Under the pieces are notes generated by a model. That model was not told where the DNA came from and ran no database searches. It was given only the letters and a program-made list of their open reading frames with translations. A stretch of 64,000 bases of DNA from Candidatus Poseidoniaceae archaeon (lineage in GTDB: Archaea > Thermoplasmatota > Poseidoniia > Poseidoniales > Poseidoniaceae), in contig CAXRAL010000007.1 of assembly GCA_964228815.1 (NCBI GenBank), forward strand, positions 41,891 through 105,890, written 5' to 3'. Positions 1-14,333 of this stretch are shown piece by piece. Within the stretch, counting starts at the first letter, position 1. Each line of letters begins with the position of its first letter. Both the position numbers and the translations under genes were made by a program.

Positions 1-2042
1 AGCTCATCTTCCGTTGCATTGGCCTTCAGCCACGTGGGCGAGTTGACTTCAAAATCAGCTGATTTTGCCCAGAGCGAGACAAAATCTGGTGTGGCAACCG
101 CCAGATGGAGGAACCCAAAATCAGAGACAGGTGCATCCTTTCGAACACAACGCCTGACTGCCCTGCGAAGCCCACGTCGAAGAATGGAAGCCGAGAGCGG
201 ATCGAGATACAGTTGAGTCACTCGCTCACCCATGGCCGTGGCCTCGTAGCGCATGTCGGGGCCGTCTTCAGCGACCGGTTGAACCCAACCACCAGTTTGT
301 TCGAGTGAAGTTGCCCTCGAGAAACCGAAGGAAGGCGTTGGATGGGCGCTGCTTGTAGGTGTGAGAGGCTTGGCTCCTGGCCGTTCAGGTTCCCAGGACA
401 CACCTTGCGTGTGATGGGCGCTGGTGGCCCATGTTGGTACGGTGTCATCCCATGCTTCATCCTCATCAACGGAAGCATTGGCCCATGAAGGCGTGAAGTG
501 CTCATCGGGGCCGCATCGTCTGACAAATCGCTCCTCAACCAACCAGTCCAGCATGCTCGTGAGCCGCTCCCTGAGTTGCGACGGGGGCATGGAGGCTCCG
601 AGAAACGTGGATGAAAAGAAGTGTTCAATGGAACCCTTGTGGACGAGACCCCCCGTGGCAATGCTGGCAAGGACGTGCATCCGAAGCGCAGGCTCGGAAG
701 CCAATTTGGAGGAGATGTCTTCGATGGGGCCGAAGAAGTACCGATCCGACACTGCGTCGGCGACTTCCCATCCGTCCGTGCCCTTGCAGTAGACCCACGC
801 TTCTCCTTTGGTGTCGTACTTTGGCCGCCCCGCACGACCGAGCATCTGACGGACTTCCATGACAGGCAGCGGACGACTCATCCCGTCGTCCCACCGCTTG
901 AGGTCTCGCACCAGCACGCGTCTGGCTGGAAGGTTCACGCCTGCAGCCAAAGTTGGCGTGGCGGTGAGCGCCACCAGCAGGCCGTCTTTGAACGCCGCTT
1001 CCACGTCCTTCCGCTGGGCATTGGTGAGGCCTGCGTGGTGAAAGCCAACCCCCGAGGACAGGCAAGCGGCCAACTGCTCGGCGAGGTTGGACTGGCTTCG
1101 ACCGGTCAACTTCTCAGCCAGTTCCTTGAGAGTGGAGAGGCGTTCGGGGTTTTCCTTCTCGAGGCGTTTGCGAACCCGTTTCGCCAAATTCTTGGCCTCG
1201 GATTGAGCACTTCTTCGTGTACCCACGAACATCAACACCTGCGCACCCTGCGTCAGGCCGTCGTCCACAACGCTCCACACCGGATGACTCTTCAAGCCCT
1301 CAAGGTCCCGTGGCGGGCTCAATTTCCCATGATCACCATCATCACCCGGGGATTGGATTTTGCGCGGTTCAACATGAAAATCGTGAAACGTAGCGTACTC
1401 AAGAGCGACCGGGCGCCAGTCGGACTGAATCAACGTCGCATCAAGCCACGAAGCGAGGTCCGGTGAATTGCCAACCGTGGCCGAGAGCGCAATGATTTGG
1501 GCATCGGGTTTGATGTGGCGAAGGCGGGTGAGATTAATTTCCAACGTTGGACCGCGGGTCCCGTCGTTCATGAGGTGAAACTCATCCGCTACGACGCAGC
1601 ACACATCTGACACCAGTTCCGCACGGTGGCGGAGCAAGGAATCCAGTTTCTCAGAGGTGCAGACCAGGATGTTGCAATCGTCGATGTTCTTGGCCTCCGC
1701 TGTTGCATCGCCAATGCCCAACCCCACGGACCACCCCATCGCTCCGGCGATGGCGCTCAAATCCTCGTACTTCTCCATCGCCAACGCCTTGAGCGGCACG
1801 ATGTAGATGGCCTTTGAGCGTGAATGGCCCTCAGAAATCCGCTTGACCATGCCCATGTAGGCAAGAAGTGACTTTCCCGAAGCCGTGGGAATCGCCACCA
1901 AGGTGTTGTCACCGGCAAGGATGGACGGGGCGGCTTCTGCCTGTGGTGGATGGAGCTGTTGGATCCCCCAATCTTGAGTCAAGAACTTCGTGAAGCGAGA
2001 TGGCAAATCCAGCGATGAAACCGCTCGTTCTGCCACCTCCAT
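1..2042 (-). CDS. hel308: Ski2-like SF2 DNA helicase Hel308/Hjm (3' end runs off the window)
   Basis: Not in the ORF track because it has no stop in the window. Manual minus-strand translation from ATG 2042 gives MEVAERAVSSLDLP..QLHPPQAEA..IPTASGKSLLAY, AIYIVPLKALAMEK, DEFHLMNDGTRGPTLE and ALSATVGN, matching Hel308 motifs I-III. Confidence 0.9.
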   Translation of the reverse strand, partial: MEVAERAVSSLDLPSRFTKFLTQDWGIQQLHPPQAEAAPSILAGDNTLVAIPTASGKSLLAYMGMVKRISEGHSRSKAIYIVPLKALAMEKYEDLSAIAGAMGWSVGLGIGDATAEAKNIDDCNILVCTSEKLDSLLRHRAELVSDVCCVVADEFHLMNDGTRGPTLEINLTRLRHIKPDAQIIALSATVGNSPDLASWLDATLIQSDWRPVALEYATFHDFHVEPRKIQSPGDDGDHGKLSPPRDLEGLKSHPVWSVVDDGLTQGAQVLMFVGTRRSAQSEAKNLAKRVRKRLEKENPERLSTLKELAEKLTGRSQSNLAEQLAACLSSGVGFHHAGLTNAQRKDVEAAFKDGLLVALTATPTLAAGVNLPARRVLVRDLKRWDDGMSRPLPVMEVRQMLGRAGRPKYDTKGEAWVYCKGTDGWEVADAVSDRYFFGPIEDISSKLASEPALRMHVLASIATGGLVHKGSIEHFFSSTFLGASMPPSQLRERLTSMLDWLVEERFVRRCGPDEHFTPSWANASVDEDEAWDDTVPTWATSAHHTQGVSWEPERPGAKPLTPTSSAHPTPSFGFSRATSLEQTGGWVQPVAEDGPDMRYEATAMGERVTQLYLDPLSASILRRGLRRAVRRCVRKDAPVSDFGFLHLAVATPDFVSLWAKSADFEVNSPTWLKANATEDE

Positions 2043-2130
2043 ATCGCCTCATATTGGGCAGCGGTTCAAAAGGACAACGCCCCGCGTTCATTGCCGACAC
2101 TTAGAAGTCCCACCTGCGCGTGGTCAATGC

Positions 2131-2748
2131 ATGAGCGACGAACGAGATGCCATGGTCGAAGAACGACTTTCGGTGTTTGACGACGAACCTGACCTCAATG
2201 ATTGGGTCGAGGTCATGTGCGGTGCCGCCATGGCTGTGTTGGGCATCTTCCACCTCGTCGAGCCGGGCAACCTTGTCGACCCCGACATCATGCGCTGGTT
2301 TGCAGCGGCAGTGGTCGCGGCAGGAGCGGTGTGGGCAGGCCACGGACTCAAAGACATGGCCGTCAAAGAGGTGCGTCGCTCCATCGCCCTTCTCGACATG
2401 GTCAACAACGACCAGGGCGTTGATACTGGCTTGATTCGGGATGTCCTTCTCAATCAAGAAGCTTACAAGGAATTCTTGGTTCACGCCTACGAGTCGGCAT
2501 GGGAGGATGGCGTGATCACGGAAGCCGAACTCAAGGAACTCAAATCCTTCCAGGCAGCGCTCGGCATCAGCGACCAAGAAGCCGCTGATTTGAACGTCAA
2601 GGCCGCCATCAAATCCGCCGCTGCCGACGGAGAAATCACAGCAGACGAAGCCAAATCCATTGAGGCCGCCGCCAAAGCCGCCAACATGACGGAAGCGGAC
2701 ACAGCGAAGGCGGTTAGCGACCAACTCGAGAAAACCGAAGGCAACTGA
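2131..2748 (+). CDS. Membrane protein with two TM helices and a C-terminal TerB-like helical domain
   Basis: Two hydrophobic segments, then repeated 'AWEDGVITEAE' / 'AAADGEITADE' motifs typical of TerB-like domains. Start placed at ATG 2131. Confidence 0.6.
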   Translation: MSDERDAMVEERLSVFDDEPDLNDWVEVMCGAAMAVLGIFHLVEPGNLVDPDIMRWFAAAVVAAGAVWAGHGLKDMAVKEVRRSIALLDMVNNDQGVDTGLIRDVLLNQEAYKEFLVHAYESAWEDGVITEAELKELKSFQAALGISDQEAADLNVKAAIKSAAADGEITADEAKSIEAAAKAANMTEADTAKAVSDQLEKTEGN

Positions 2749-4821
2749 TCAGGTCCATTGGTTGGACTCGGGAGCATAATCACGAGCCAGGGCTTCCGCC
2801 CTTGACTTGCGTTGAACCTCCAACCACGTGGCCAACAACCCAAGGCTCAGACCGACCATCATCAACCCTCCACCGTATGGCACAAACCCATCAGCGCTCT
2901 CAATACCCCATGCAGGGGGGATGTCTCTGCTGTCAAATCCGTTGGGTGGGATGAAATTCACATCGAGCAAATCAAGATCACAATCGCACAGCGAGATGGT
3001 AATGCGCTCGGGGAACAGGGCCGTTTGAAGGCGAACCCAGTCGTTCGCGTCGACCGTTGAGGGCCGGGTGGCCCACGCAGGTGCTGAAAGCGAGCCGCTT
3101 GCCGGAGCGGCGACCATCTCAGTATCAATGTGAAAGACAGAGGATGAAGGGACGTCATCCACCACCAGCATCGCCTCGAGCATCATGAGGTCGAGCAGCA
3201 GCGCCCGGCTTGCAAGAAGAATGAATCGGACGGTTTGCGCTTCGAGCATTCCTTCCTGCGTGGTGTAGGTCTCACCTTCAGCCACTTGGCCGAAGATGGC
3301 CTGGTCCAAACGCAGCGAATCAAGTTCAGGAACCACGAGTTGCCACCGACCATCCTCGAGTGGAATGGCTTGGTCGATGTCAAGTTTGAGTCGAAGACGT
3401 TCCCCCTCCAACATACCCAACGTTGCGCCCGTGTGGGTCGCAAGCGTTTGCTCGGGCACACCTTCCGCTGAAACATCCCAGAGTTGCTGAAGCCGCATGT
3501 CGATGAGCTCATCCACGGTGATCTCCTCAGGGTGTTGAACCTGATTGAACATGGCCACAGCGGGGTTGAGAACGCCGCCGACGACCAGCAACAGAACGCC
3601 CGGCACGAACAAACCGAATCGAACAGCGTAAGCGGTCGTCGGTCGAAAGGCGACAAACATGAACACGCCGAGCATCAGAAGCGACACCAACAACAAACCG
3701 ACGCCTTGGTCATTCAACTCCAAGGGCTCCTCGATGTTTCCAACGAAGGCTGATCCTTGCGGGTAGTAGCTTGCTGAGGTGAACTCCGTGGGGTCGGTCG
3801 GACCCGTTCCTTCGTACCCGAAGACACCCGTCCATGCGTAGGGTTGGATTTTGTCGGGTGAACCGTGCATGCACAACGTGTAGTCGCCGGTTGGAAGGGC
3901 TCGCCAGCGATAGGTGATGCGCAGGGATTCGCCGTCATCGTCGACCACGACCTCGGGGGTGGGTGAGAGCCGCCCAGCCGCCGTGATCAAATCGGGAATC
4001 GGATGTGGTTGCTCAATTTCGATAGGAACAAGTTCCCACTCCACCAGCAATCGAAGCACCTCGTGATCTTCAACCTCAAAAGCCCAACAATCGTGGTCGG
4101 CGCCAACCAATGCACCTCGGTGAAGATCCTCGAAGGCCGTGGAGACAGGCTGCGTCCGGGATGAGGGCTCGTCCATGTTCACTTGCGCTGCGTTCATCGA
4201 CCAAGGGATGTCCAGTTGAAGAAACGAGGCACCTCGCATGTTCAATGACCATGTCCCCGGCCGATCAAGGGTCACCGTGATCAGCAATCGGACGCTCTCA
4301 TCCTCCCACAGCACCCTGCCAGCCGACGTGTCGAGAGGCTCGTCCTCCAGCTTGTACGGTGTGGCTGCGACCTCCGGAAGCGTGCTCGCCTCAAAGGACC
4401 ACTCGTTGACGTTCTCACCGAGGATCAATCGAACATCCATCGCTGGACGAAATAGGCTCCCTGCTTCGGTCTGATGTTTGAAATCAATTTCAAGGACATC
4501 CATGAATTCGGGCAGGAGAGCAATGTGGTCTTGGCCCGGGCTCATGATGAATTCGAAGACGACGGTTTCGGGCTGCACGATGTTGGCAAAGGTCTGGTCG
4601 GAGACCTGTTCCTCACCAACAGGCGTGGGAGAAAGGACACAATCGTTGTCGGCCAGGCACGAGAAGAACAAGTCTCCTTCATCTTCGGTCAAACCAGCAG
4701 AAGCGCCCGGGACGAACGGATGGGCCAACAGCGTCAGCAGGCACGCAACGAACACGGCGCATCGGATGGGGTGAGCCGGCGCCTGCTTCATCGGGTGAAG
4801 GGTCAAGTCGCAGTATTTCAT
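2749..4821 (-). CDS. Hypothetical secreted/membrane protein (signal peptide, internal and C-terminal TM helices)
   Basis: 690-aa ORF with acidic composition, N-terminal signal-like segment, two central TMs and a C-terminal TM. Overlaps the upstream gene by 4 bp. Confidence 0.75.
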   Translation of the reverse strand: MKYCDLTLHPMKQAPAHPIRCAVFVACLLTLLAHPFVPGASAGLTEDEGDLFFSCLADNDCVLSPTPVGEEQVSDQTFANIVQPETVVFEFIMSPGQDHIALLPEFMDVLEIDFKHQTEAGSLFRPAMDVRLILGENVNEWSFEASTLPEVAATPYKLEDEPLDTSAGRVLWEDESVRLLITVTLDRPGTWSLNMRGASFLQLDIPWSMNAAQVNMDEPSSRTQPVSTAFEDLHRGALVGADHDCWAFEVEDHEVLRLLVEWELVPIEIEQPHPIPDLITAAGRLSPTPEVVVDDDGESLRITYRWRALPTGDYTLCMHGSPDKIQPYAWTGVFGYEGTGPTDPTEFTSASYYPQGSAFVGNIEEPLELNDQGVGLLLVSLLMLGVFMFVAFRPTTAYAVRFGLFVPGVLLLVVGGVLNPAVAMFNQVQHPEEITVDELIDMRLQQLWDVSAEGVPEQTLATHTGATLGMLEGERLRLKLDIDQAIPLEDGRWQLVVPELDSLRLDQAIFGQVAEGETYTTQEGMLEAQTVRFILLASRALLLDLMMLEAMLVVDDVPSSSVFHIDTEMVAAPASGSLSAPAWATRPSTVDANDWVRLQTALFPERITISLCDCDLDLLDVNFIPPNGFDSRDIPPAWGIESADGFVPYGGGLMMVGLSLGLLATWLEVQRKSRAEALARDYAPESNQWT

Positions 4822-5348
4822 TCAATGTCCCGGCTGGGCACGTCCTTGAGCACCGTTCTGCACCGCCTGCACATGTACCGTCCGCTGCCTTTTCGCTGCC
4901 GAGGGTAGCGCTCATCGCAAGTCGGACACACCCAATGCCATGAGGCTCTTGCAAGCCTTCTTGCGTGCGTGAACGCTTTTCCACGAGCCGCCGCTGTCGT
5001 GTGAGGCCAACGCGCTTCCAAGGTCCTGAAGGTGCGGTCGTGAGCGCGATGGCCCAAAACATGGAGGTATTCATGGAACAGCACGAAGGCTGCATAGTCT
5101 CGCCAGTTATCGTTGAGCAAATGCGGATTCAAGTCGACCACATCGACCCTCAGATGACCTTGTCCGTCCCTGCTCCAGCGCGTCACGCCATGGCGTTGCG
5201 TGGCGTTCGACCGTAAAACACCCAGCGGAACAGCGTCCAAACGTTGGCGACCATCCTCGTCCAGCATGCCGATGGCTATCATCTCGGCCAGCACCTCCAC
5301 CTGCAGCGCATCGAGTTCATGCTGTTGCTGAGTCGATGGTCGAGGCAT
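4818..5348 (-). CDS. SprT-like zinc metalloprotease with C-terminal zinc ribbon
   Basis: HEYLH motif, downstream HDRTF, and CPTC...CRRC ribbon. Confidence 0.8.
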   Translation of the reverse strand: MPRPSTQQQHELDALQVEVLAEMIAIGMLDEDGRQRLDAVPLGVLRSNATQRHGVTRWSRDGQGHLRVDVVDLNPHLLNDNWRDYAAFVLFHEYLHVLGHRAHDRTFRTLEARWPHTTAAARGKAFTHARRLARASWHWVCPTCDERYPRQRKGSGRYMCRRCRTVLKDVPSRDIE

Positions 5349-5357
5349 GCCACGGCC

Positions 5358-5825
5358 TCAGGACCATCGATGATAGGCGGGGTGCCCTTCCTTCACAGCC
5401 ACGAAGAGGCCGCTCCCCGTGGCACACACCTTGCCTTCAGCCTCCAAGGTCAGTGCGACCCGAACCCTGTCGTCCAGCACCTCGGTTGGCGTGGCGTTCA
5501 CCATCAAGATCGCACCGTGAGGCGTAGGGCGACGAAGTTGGACGTCGTAGGAAGCGGTTACGGTGCAAGGTGGCTCATCAAGGCCTTGTGCATCCATGAG
5601 CGCAATGGCAGCAGCCCAATTCCCATGACAGTCAAGCAGTGTTCCGATGATGCCTCCGTTGATCATGCCAGGAAAAGCCTGGTGGTGGTCGGCTGGGACG
5701 AATTCCATGGTCAGGCCATCAGTTGTTCGGAATGAATCAATCTGCAGGCCATGTTCGTTGGCTGGACCGCAGCCAAAACAAATCGAAGTGGGAGCGTAAG
5801 TTCGTTGCACACCGAGTTCGCTCAT
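5358..5825 (-). CDS. PaaI-family hotdog-fold thioesterase
   Basis: CFGCGPANEHGL, GMINGGIIGTLLDCHGNWAA and VTASYDVQLRRPTP motifs. Start placed at ATG 5825. Confidence 0.88.
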   Translation of the reverse strand: MSELGVQRTYAPTSICFGCGPANEHGLQIDSFRTTDGLTMEFVPADHHQAFPGMINGGIIGTLLDCHGNWAAAIALMDAQGLDEPPCTVTASYDVQLRRPTPHGAILMVNATPTEVLDDRVRVALTLEAEGKVCATGSGLFVAVKEGHPAYHRWS

Positions 5826-5909
5826 GGAGTCCAGACCCACGACACGATTCATGGTTCTTCCCTCAGGGAAAAACGGAGCGTTGATGACGGGCAGGGGCGT
5901 GGGAATCGC

Positions 5910-7223
5910 ATGAGCGGGCGGAAGAAGAAAACCGTCCGCAAGGTGCGCGTGGCACATGAACTCCCCAAACGACGACGAATGGCCATCGATGAGGCGATGA
6001 AGGAACACCAAACCGAAGACCGACCTGAATGGGACCGGACCTCCGAATGGGGCGATATCCGTTTCAACCGTAAGCGCATCAAACCAGGGACACTTCGAAC
6101 CGTGCACCTTCCTTTGCTCAACGTCAGCCTTGGTGATGCGTGGCCCATCCCGGTCACCATCATTCACGGTTCAAGGCCGGGCCCTTGCATCACGGTCATC
6201 GGTGGTATCCACGGCGACGAATTGACCGGCCCCTCCGCTTGCACTCACCTCCTGAGCAATGCGTTCACGGATGAGGGAAAGCCCCTCGACCCCAAGAGCC
6301 TCGCCGGCACGCTGCGCATCGTCCCCATTGTGAACCTCCCCGGCTACCGCATGAAATCGAGGTACTTCCCAGACGGAAGGGACCTCAACCGACAATTTCC
6401 AGGCGACCCGGGTGGATCGACAACACGGCGAGTCGCCCATCAAGTCTGGACGCACCTGGTCGAGGACAGCGACGCCATCATCGACCTGCACAGCGCGGCC
6501 AAAGGACGGCGGAACATGCCGCAGGTTCGTTGTGACCTCACCCATACAAGTTCCTACTTACTCGCCAAATCCTTCGGCATTGAAATCATCCTTGACTCGG
6601 TCCCCTCCAAAGGGACGTTGCGCCGTACGGGCAACGCCGCAGACATCCCGGTGGTCACTTACGAGGGCGGCGGAGCTGATTCGCTGGGCGACCTCTCGGT
6701 CAAGGTGGCCGTCCACGGTGTCATGAACGCCCTGCGTTCGATGCGCATGGTACCCGGCAACCCTCAACGGCCCAAATTCCGAATCATGGCCAGCGGCTCA
6801 ACATGGCTGCGTGCCGCCGAGGGCGGATTGCTCGACATGTTTGTCCAAGCGGGGAGCGTCATGCGAGAGGGTGAAGTGGTGGCGACCATCTCCGACCCCG
6901 CCACGCCAGGCATGTCGGTTGACATCGTCGCACCTGAAGACGGCCTGATCATCGGTGCGGCCACGAACCCGTTTACGGCAGCCGGAATGCCGGTCGGACA
7001 TTTTTTGCCCATCTCCAAACATTTTGGCTTGCTTGAGGAACAAATCGATGAGAACGGGCAGTTTATTGTCAACGGAAGTCTTGAGGAGAAGGTGTGGCGA
7101 GAAGAGCACGAAATCAACGAAATTTCACTCGACGGTGAGTGGAGTGGTGGCGAAGTGGACTCTGAATGGATCGGCTCCAAGCCCACGAGCGAAGAAAGGG
7201 ACTTCGAAGAGGAAGCCGCCTGA
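5910..7223 (+). CDS. Succinylglutamate desuccinylase/aspartoacylase (M14-like) family protein
   Basis: GGIHGDELTG, RDLNRQFPGD, IIDLHS and TYEGG motifs, plus a C-terminal barrel-sandwich region and acidic tail. Confidence 0.88.
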   Translation: MSGRKKKTVRKVRVAHELPKRRRMAIDEAMKEHQTEDRPEWDRTSEWGDIRFNRKRIKPGTLRTVHLPLLNVSLGDAWPIPVTIIHGSRPGPCITVIGGIHGDELTGPSACTHLLSNAFTDEGKPLDPKSLAGTLRIVPIVNLPGYRMKSRYFPDGRDLNRQFPGDPGGSTTRRVAHQVWTHLVEDSDAIIDLHSAAKGRRNMPQVRCDLTHTSSYLLAKSFGIEIILDSVPSKGTLRRTGNAADIPVVTYEGGGADSLGDLSVKVAVHGVMNALRSMRMVPGNPQRPKFRIMASGSTWLRAAEGGLLDMFVQAGSVMREGEVVATISDPATPGMSVDIVAPEDGLIIGAATNPFTAAGMPVGHFLPISKHFGLLEEQIDENGQFIVNGSLEEKVWREEHEINEISLDGEWSGGEVDSEWIGSKPTSEERDFEEEAA

Positions 7224-8480
7224 TCAAGAGGCACTGAAGGCTGCGACCGCTGCGTGAATTTCCTCGTCGAGCATGTTTCGCTTCTGGCTCTTGGCCACCT
7301 CAAACAGGTGAGCGACCAAGTCCTCCTGAGGTTCAATGCCCTCTTGTTCCAACCACCAAATGATGTTCGAACGACCGGACATGTGCCCGATTCGAATGAC
7401 CTGCTTCAAACCAAAATCGCCGGCAGGAACGCCGGAGTAGACACGGTCAGCGAGCCAGTTGTCACCTTTTCGCATGGCCTTGATGACAGCTGAAGCGTGC
7501 ACGCCGGTACCGGTTTCAAATGCATCTTCACCGAAGACAGGGTAGTTTCGTGGCAGCGGGACCTCGATGTATTCGTTGGCCTTCTGCATGTAGGTGTCCA
7601 GCAACGTCAAGTCGTTGTCTATGACGCCCATGAGCTTCAAGTTGACCAAGGTCTGGTCGAGCGGGGCGTTCCCGGCTCGCTCTCCGACACCAAGGGCCGT
7701 GCCGTGAATCACATCGGCGCCGGCTTCCACGGCAGCGATGTTGTTGGCCACGCCAAGACCACGGTCTTGATGGCCGTGCCAGTTGACTTCGATGTCCCGG
7801 CGCTGGTAACCTGCGTCCTTGATGACCTCCTCGTCGATGAAGGCGAGGAGTTTCTTGACGCCGTTGGGCGTGACATGACCGCAGGTATCACAAACGCAAA
7901 GGCGACGCACACCAAGTTCCATGGCACGCTGATAGATCATCTTGACATCCTCGGGATTGGACCGTGTGGTGTCCTCGGTTACAAACATCACGGCGACGTC
8001 GTTTTCGACGGCATAGGAGACGGCCTTTTCCATCGTGGTCATGAGTTTCTCCATCGTCCAGCCTTCGGTGTACTGACGGATGGGGCTGGTGCCCAGGAAG
8101 GCGGAGGCCTGGATTTCCATTTCGTGCTTGGCCTGCATCTCCCCCAGCGGTTCGATATCTCCCATCAAGGTTCGAACAGCCGCACCCGGGCGGATGGCGT
8201 AGTCGTTGTCCCGGATGTGGGTGAGCATGGCATCGATGTGGTTGCGGTGGAACGGGCCAGCCCCTGGCAGGCCGAGGTCAACCTTTTGCAAACCGAGTTG
8301 CTCCATGTAGCCGAGAAGTTCGATTTTTTGCTCGATCGTGGGATTACGGGCGCTGGGGCTCTGAAGCCCGTCGCGCAAGGTTTCATCATCAAACCAAACC
8401 CCGTGAGGATGGTTGTTCGCATCACGTTTGAAGTCGTACTCCACCGTGTTCCAATCGTAAATCAAAGAACGCTCGTCCAT
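7224..8480 (-). CDS. leuA: 2-isopropylmalate synthase-like (DRE-TIM/LeuA family) enzyme without the C-terminal regulatory domain
   Basis: DETLRDGLQS, HGHQDRGLGVAN, GVGERAGN, GVHASA and GHMSGRSN motifs. Substrate specificity cannot be assigned from sequence. Confidence 0.75.
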   Translation of the reverse strand: MDERSLIYDWNTVEYDFKRDANNHPHGVWFDDETLRDGLQSPSARNPTIEQKIELLGYMEQLGLQKVDLGLPGAGPFHRNHIDAMLTHIRDNDYAIRPGAAVRTLMGDIEPLGEMQAKHEMEIQASAFLGTSPIRQYTEGWTMEKLMTTMEKAVSYAVENDVAVMFVTEDTTRSNPEDVKMIYQRAMELGVRRLCVCDTCGHVTPNGVKKLLAFIDEEVIKDAGYQRRDIEVNWHGHQDRGLGVANNIAAVEAGADVIHGTALGVGERAGNAPLDQTLVNLKLMGVIDNDLTLLDTYMQKANEYIEVPLPRNYPVFGEDAFETGTGVHASAVIKAMRKGDNWLADRVYSGVPAGDFGLKQVIRIGHMSGRSNIIWWLEQEGIEPQEDLVAHLFEVAKSQKRNMLDEEIHAAVAAFSAS

Positions 8481-8588
8481 CAATCTCACCGCAGGAGGGA
8501 AGGCCCCTTGCGAACCGAAGACATCGGCATCCCGTTTGAATGCGTCGCTCGCTTGCGTTGCCGCCCGATACCGAAGATGAGGGATGCA

Positions 8589-13254
<4,666 letters not shown>

Positions 13255-13341
13255 TCAGAACGTGTTAAAATCGGCAGGCTGCGGGCGATTTTGGTCATTC
13301 AAGAACGCCGCTTTCCTCCTTCAAAATATACTGCTCGCCAC

Positions 13342-13364
13342 GGGGTATAAACATACCCCTTTTT
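13342..13364. promoter_or_regulatory. Palindrome GGGGTAT-AAAC-ATACCCC plus T-run, overlapping a TATA-like box (minus strand TTTATA) upstream of gyrB
   Basis: Perfect 7-bp inverted repeat at 13342-13359 in the AT-rich gyrB/aroD divergent intergenic region. Confidence 0.5.
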
Positions 13365-13532
13365 ATCACAGAAAAACGATGGATTGCGGCCCATTTTTTG
13401 CCACCGAATGCCCCTTTACTATCACCACTAAACCTCAATGCTCATCAAACAACAGGTGACGGTGGTTTTGGTGAAAAAAAGCGATGATGAAGCCAGCGTG
13501 ACCGTTAAGAAGAGGGGTCAGATGGGTGCTGC

Positions 13533-14330
13533 ATGGCTGACCCAAAAGTGTGCGTTTCTTTGGAAGGAACGACCGTGAAAGAGATGGCGGATGAAGCAGC
13601 ACGAGCCAACCTCGCTGGCGCCGACTTTGTTGAAGTCCGATTTGACCGACTTTACCTCAAGCGACCCGAGGCACAACCTGTTGAGGGCGAAGACGGCGAA
13701 GTCAAGCACGTGATGCCACCAGAAAGTGAATGGCCTGTTCGAGAGATGGAAAGCATCGATGTGGACACTTGCATTCAGAACCTCAAGGAGAGCATCCCGC
13801 TCCCGGTCATCTTCACGGTTCGCCCGACCGAAGAGGGCGGCTACTATCCCGGCGAGGCCAGTCAACGGCATGAAATCCTCGAGAAGGCCATTGCATCGGG
13901 CGTCAACTCGGTGGACCTTGAATTGTCCATCGAGGGCGAGGCTCGTACCGGCCTGCTCGACAAAGCCAGCGCCGCCGGCGTCCGCGTGATCTCTTCGATC
14001 CACGACACCACCACCACTCCCAGCGCTGAAGAGCTCGTTGGCATGGTCAACGAACATTCCAAGGAGGGCGAGGTGTTCAAGTTCTGTGGAACCGTCAACG
14101 ACCACCAAGATGCCCTCCAGATTGTTGAAGCGAGCTACGAACTCAAGAGCTCGAAGCACGCCTTTTCCATGATGGCGCTGGGCAACGGCGGCGATTGGGC
14201 TCGGCTTCACGCTCCCGTTCTCGGCCAATCGCTTGTCTACGCCACCCTTCGCTCGGAGTTCAAACTCTCCAACAAGGGCCTCGTCAACATTCGAGACCTC
14301 AAGAACGCCTGGACCCTGATGGAATACTGA
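13533..14330 (+). CDS. aroD: Type I 3-dehydroquinate dehydratase
   Basis: ADFVEVRFD, PVIFTVRPTEEGG, VDLEL, ISSIHD, Schiff-base Lys region FKF, and MMALG. Confidence 0.88.
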   Translation: MADPKVCVSLEGTTVKEMADEAARANLAGADFVEVRFDRLYLKRPEAQPVEGEDGEVKHVMPPESEWPVREMESIDVDTCIQNLKESIPLPVIFTVRPTEEGGYYPGEASQRHEILEKAIASGVNSVDLELSIEGEARTGLLDKASAAGVRVISSIHDTTTTPSAEELVGMVNEHSKEGEVFKFCGTVNDHQDALQIVEASYELKSSKHAFSMMALGNGGDWARLHAPVLGQSLVYATLRSEFKLSNKGLVNIRDLKNAWTLMEY

Positions 14331-14333
14331 GTC

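Noticed and set aside
19..2100. Multiple short ORFs called in the first 2 kb
   Set aside because: All overlap the uncalled minus-strand hel308 frame, which carries clear helicase motifs.
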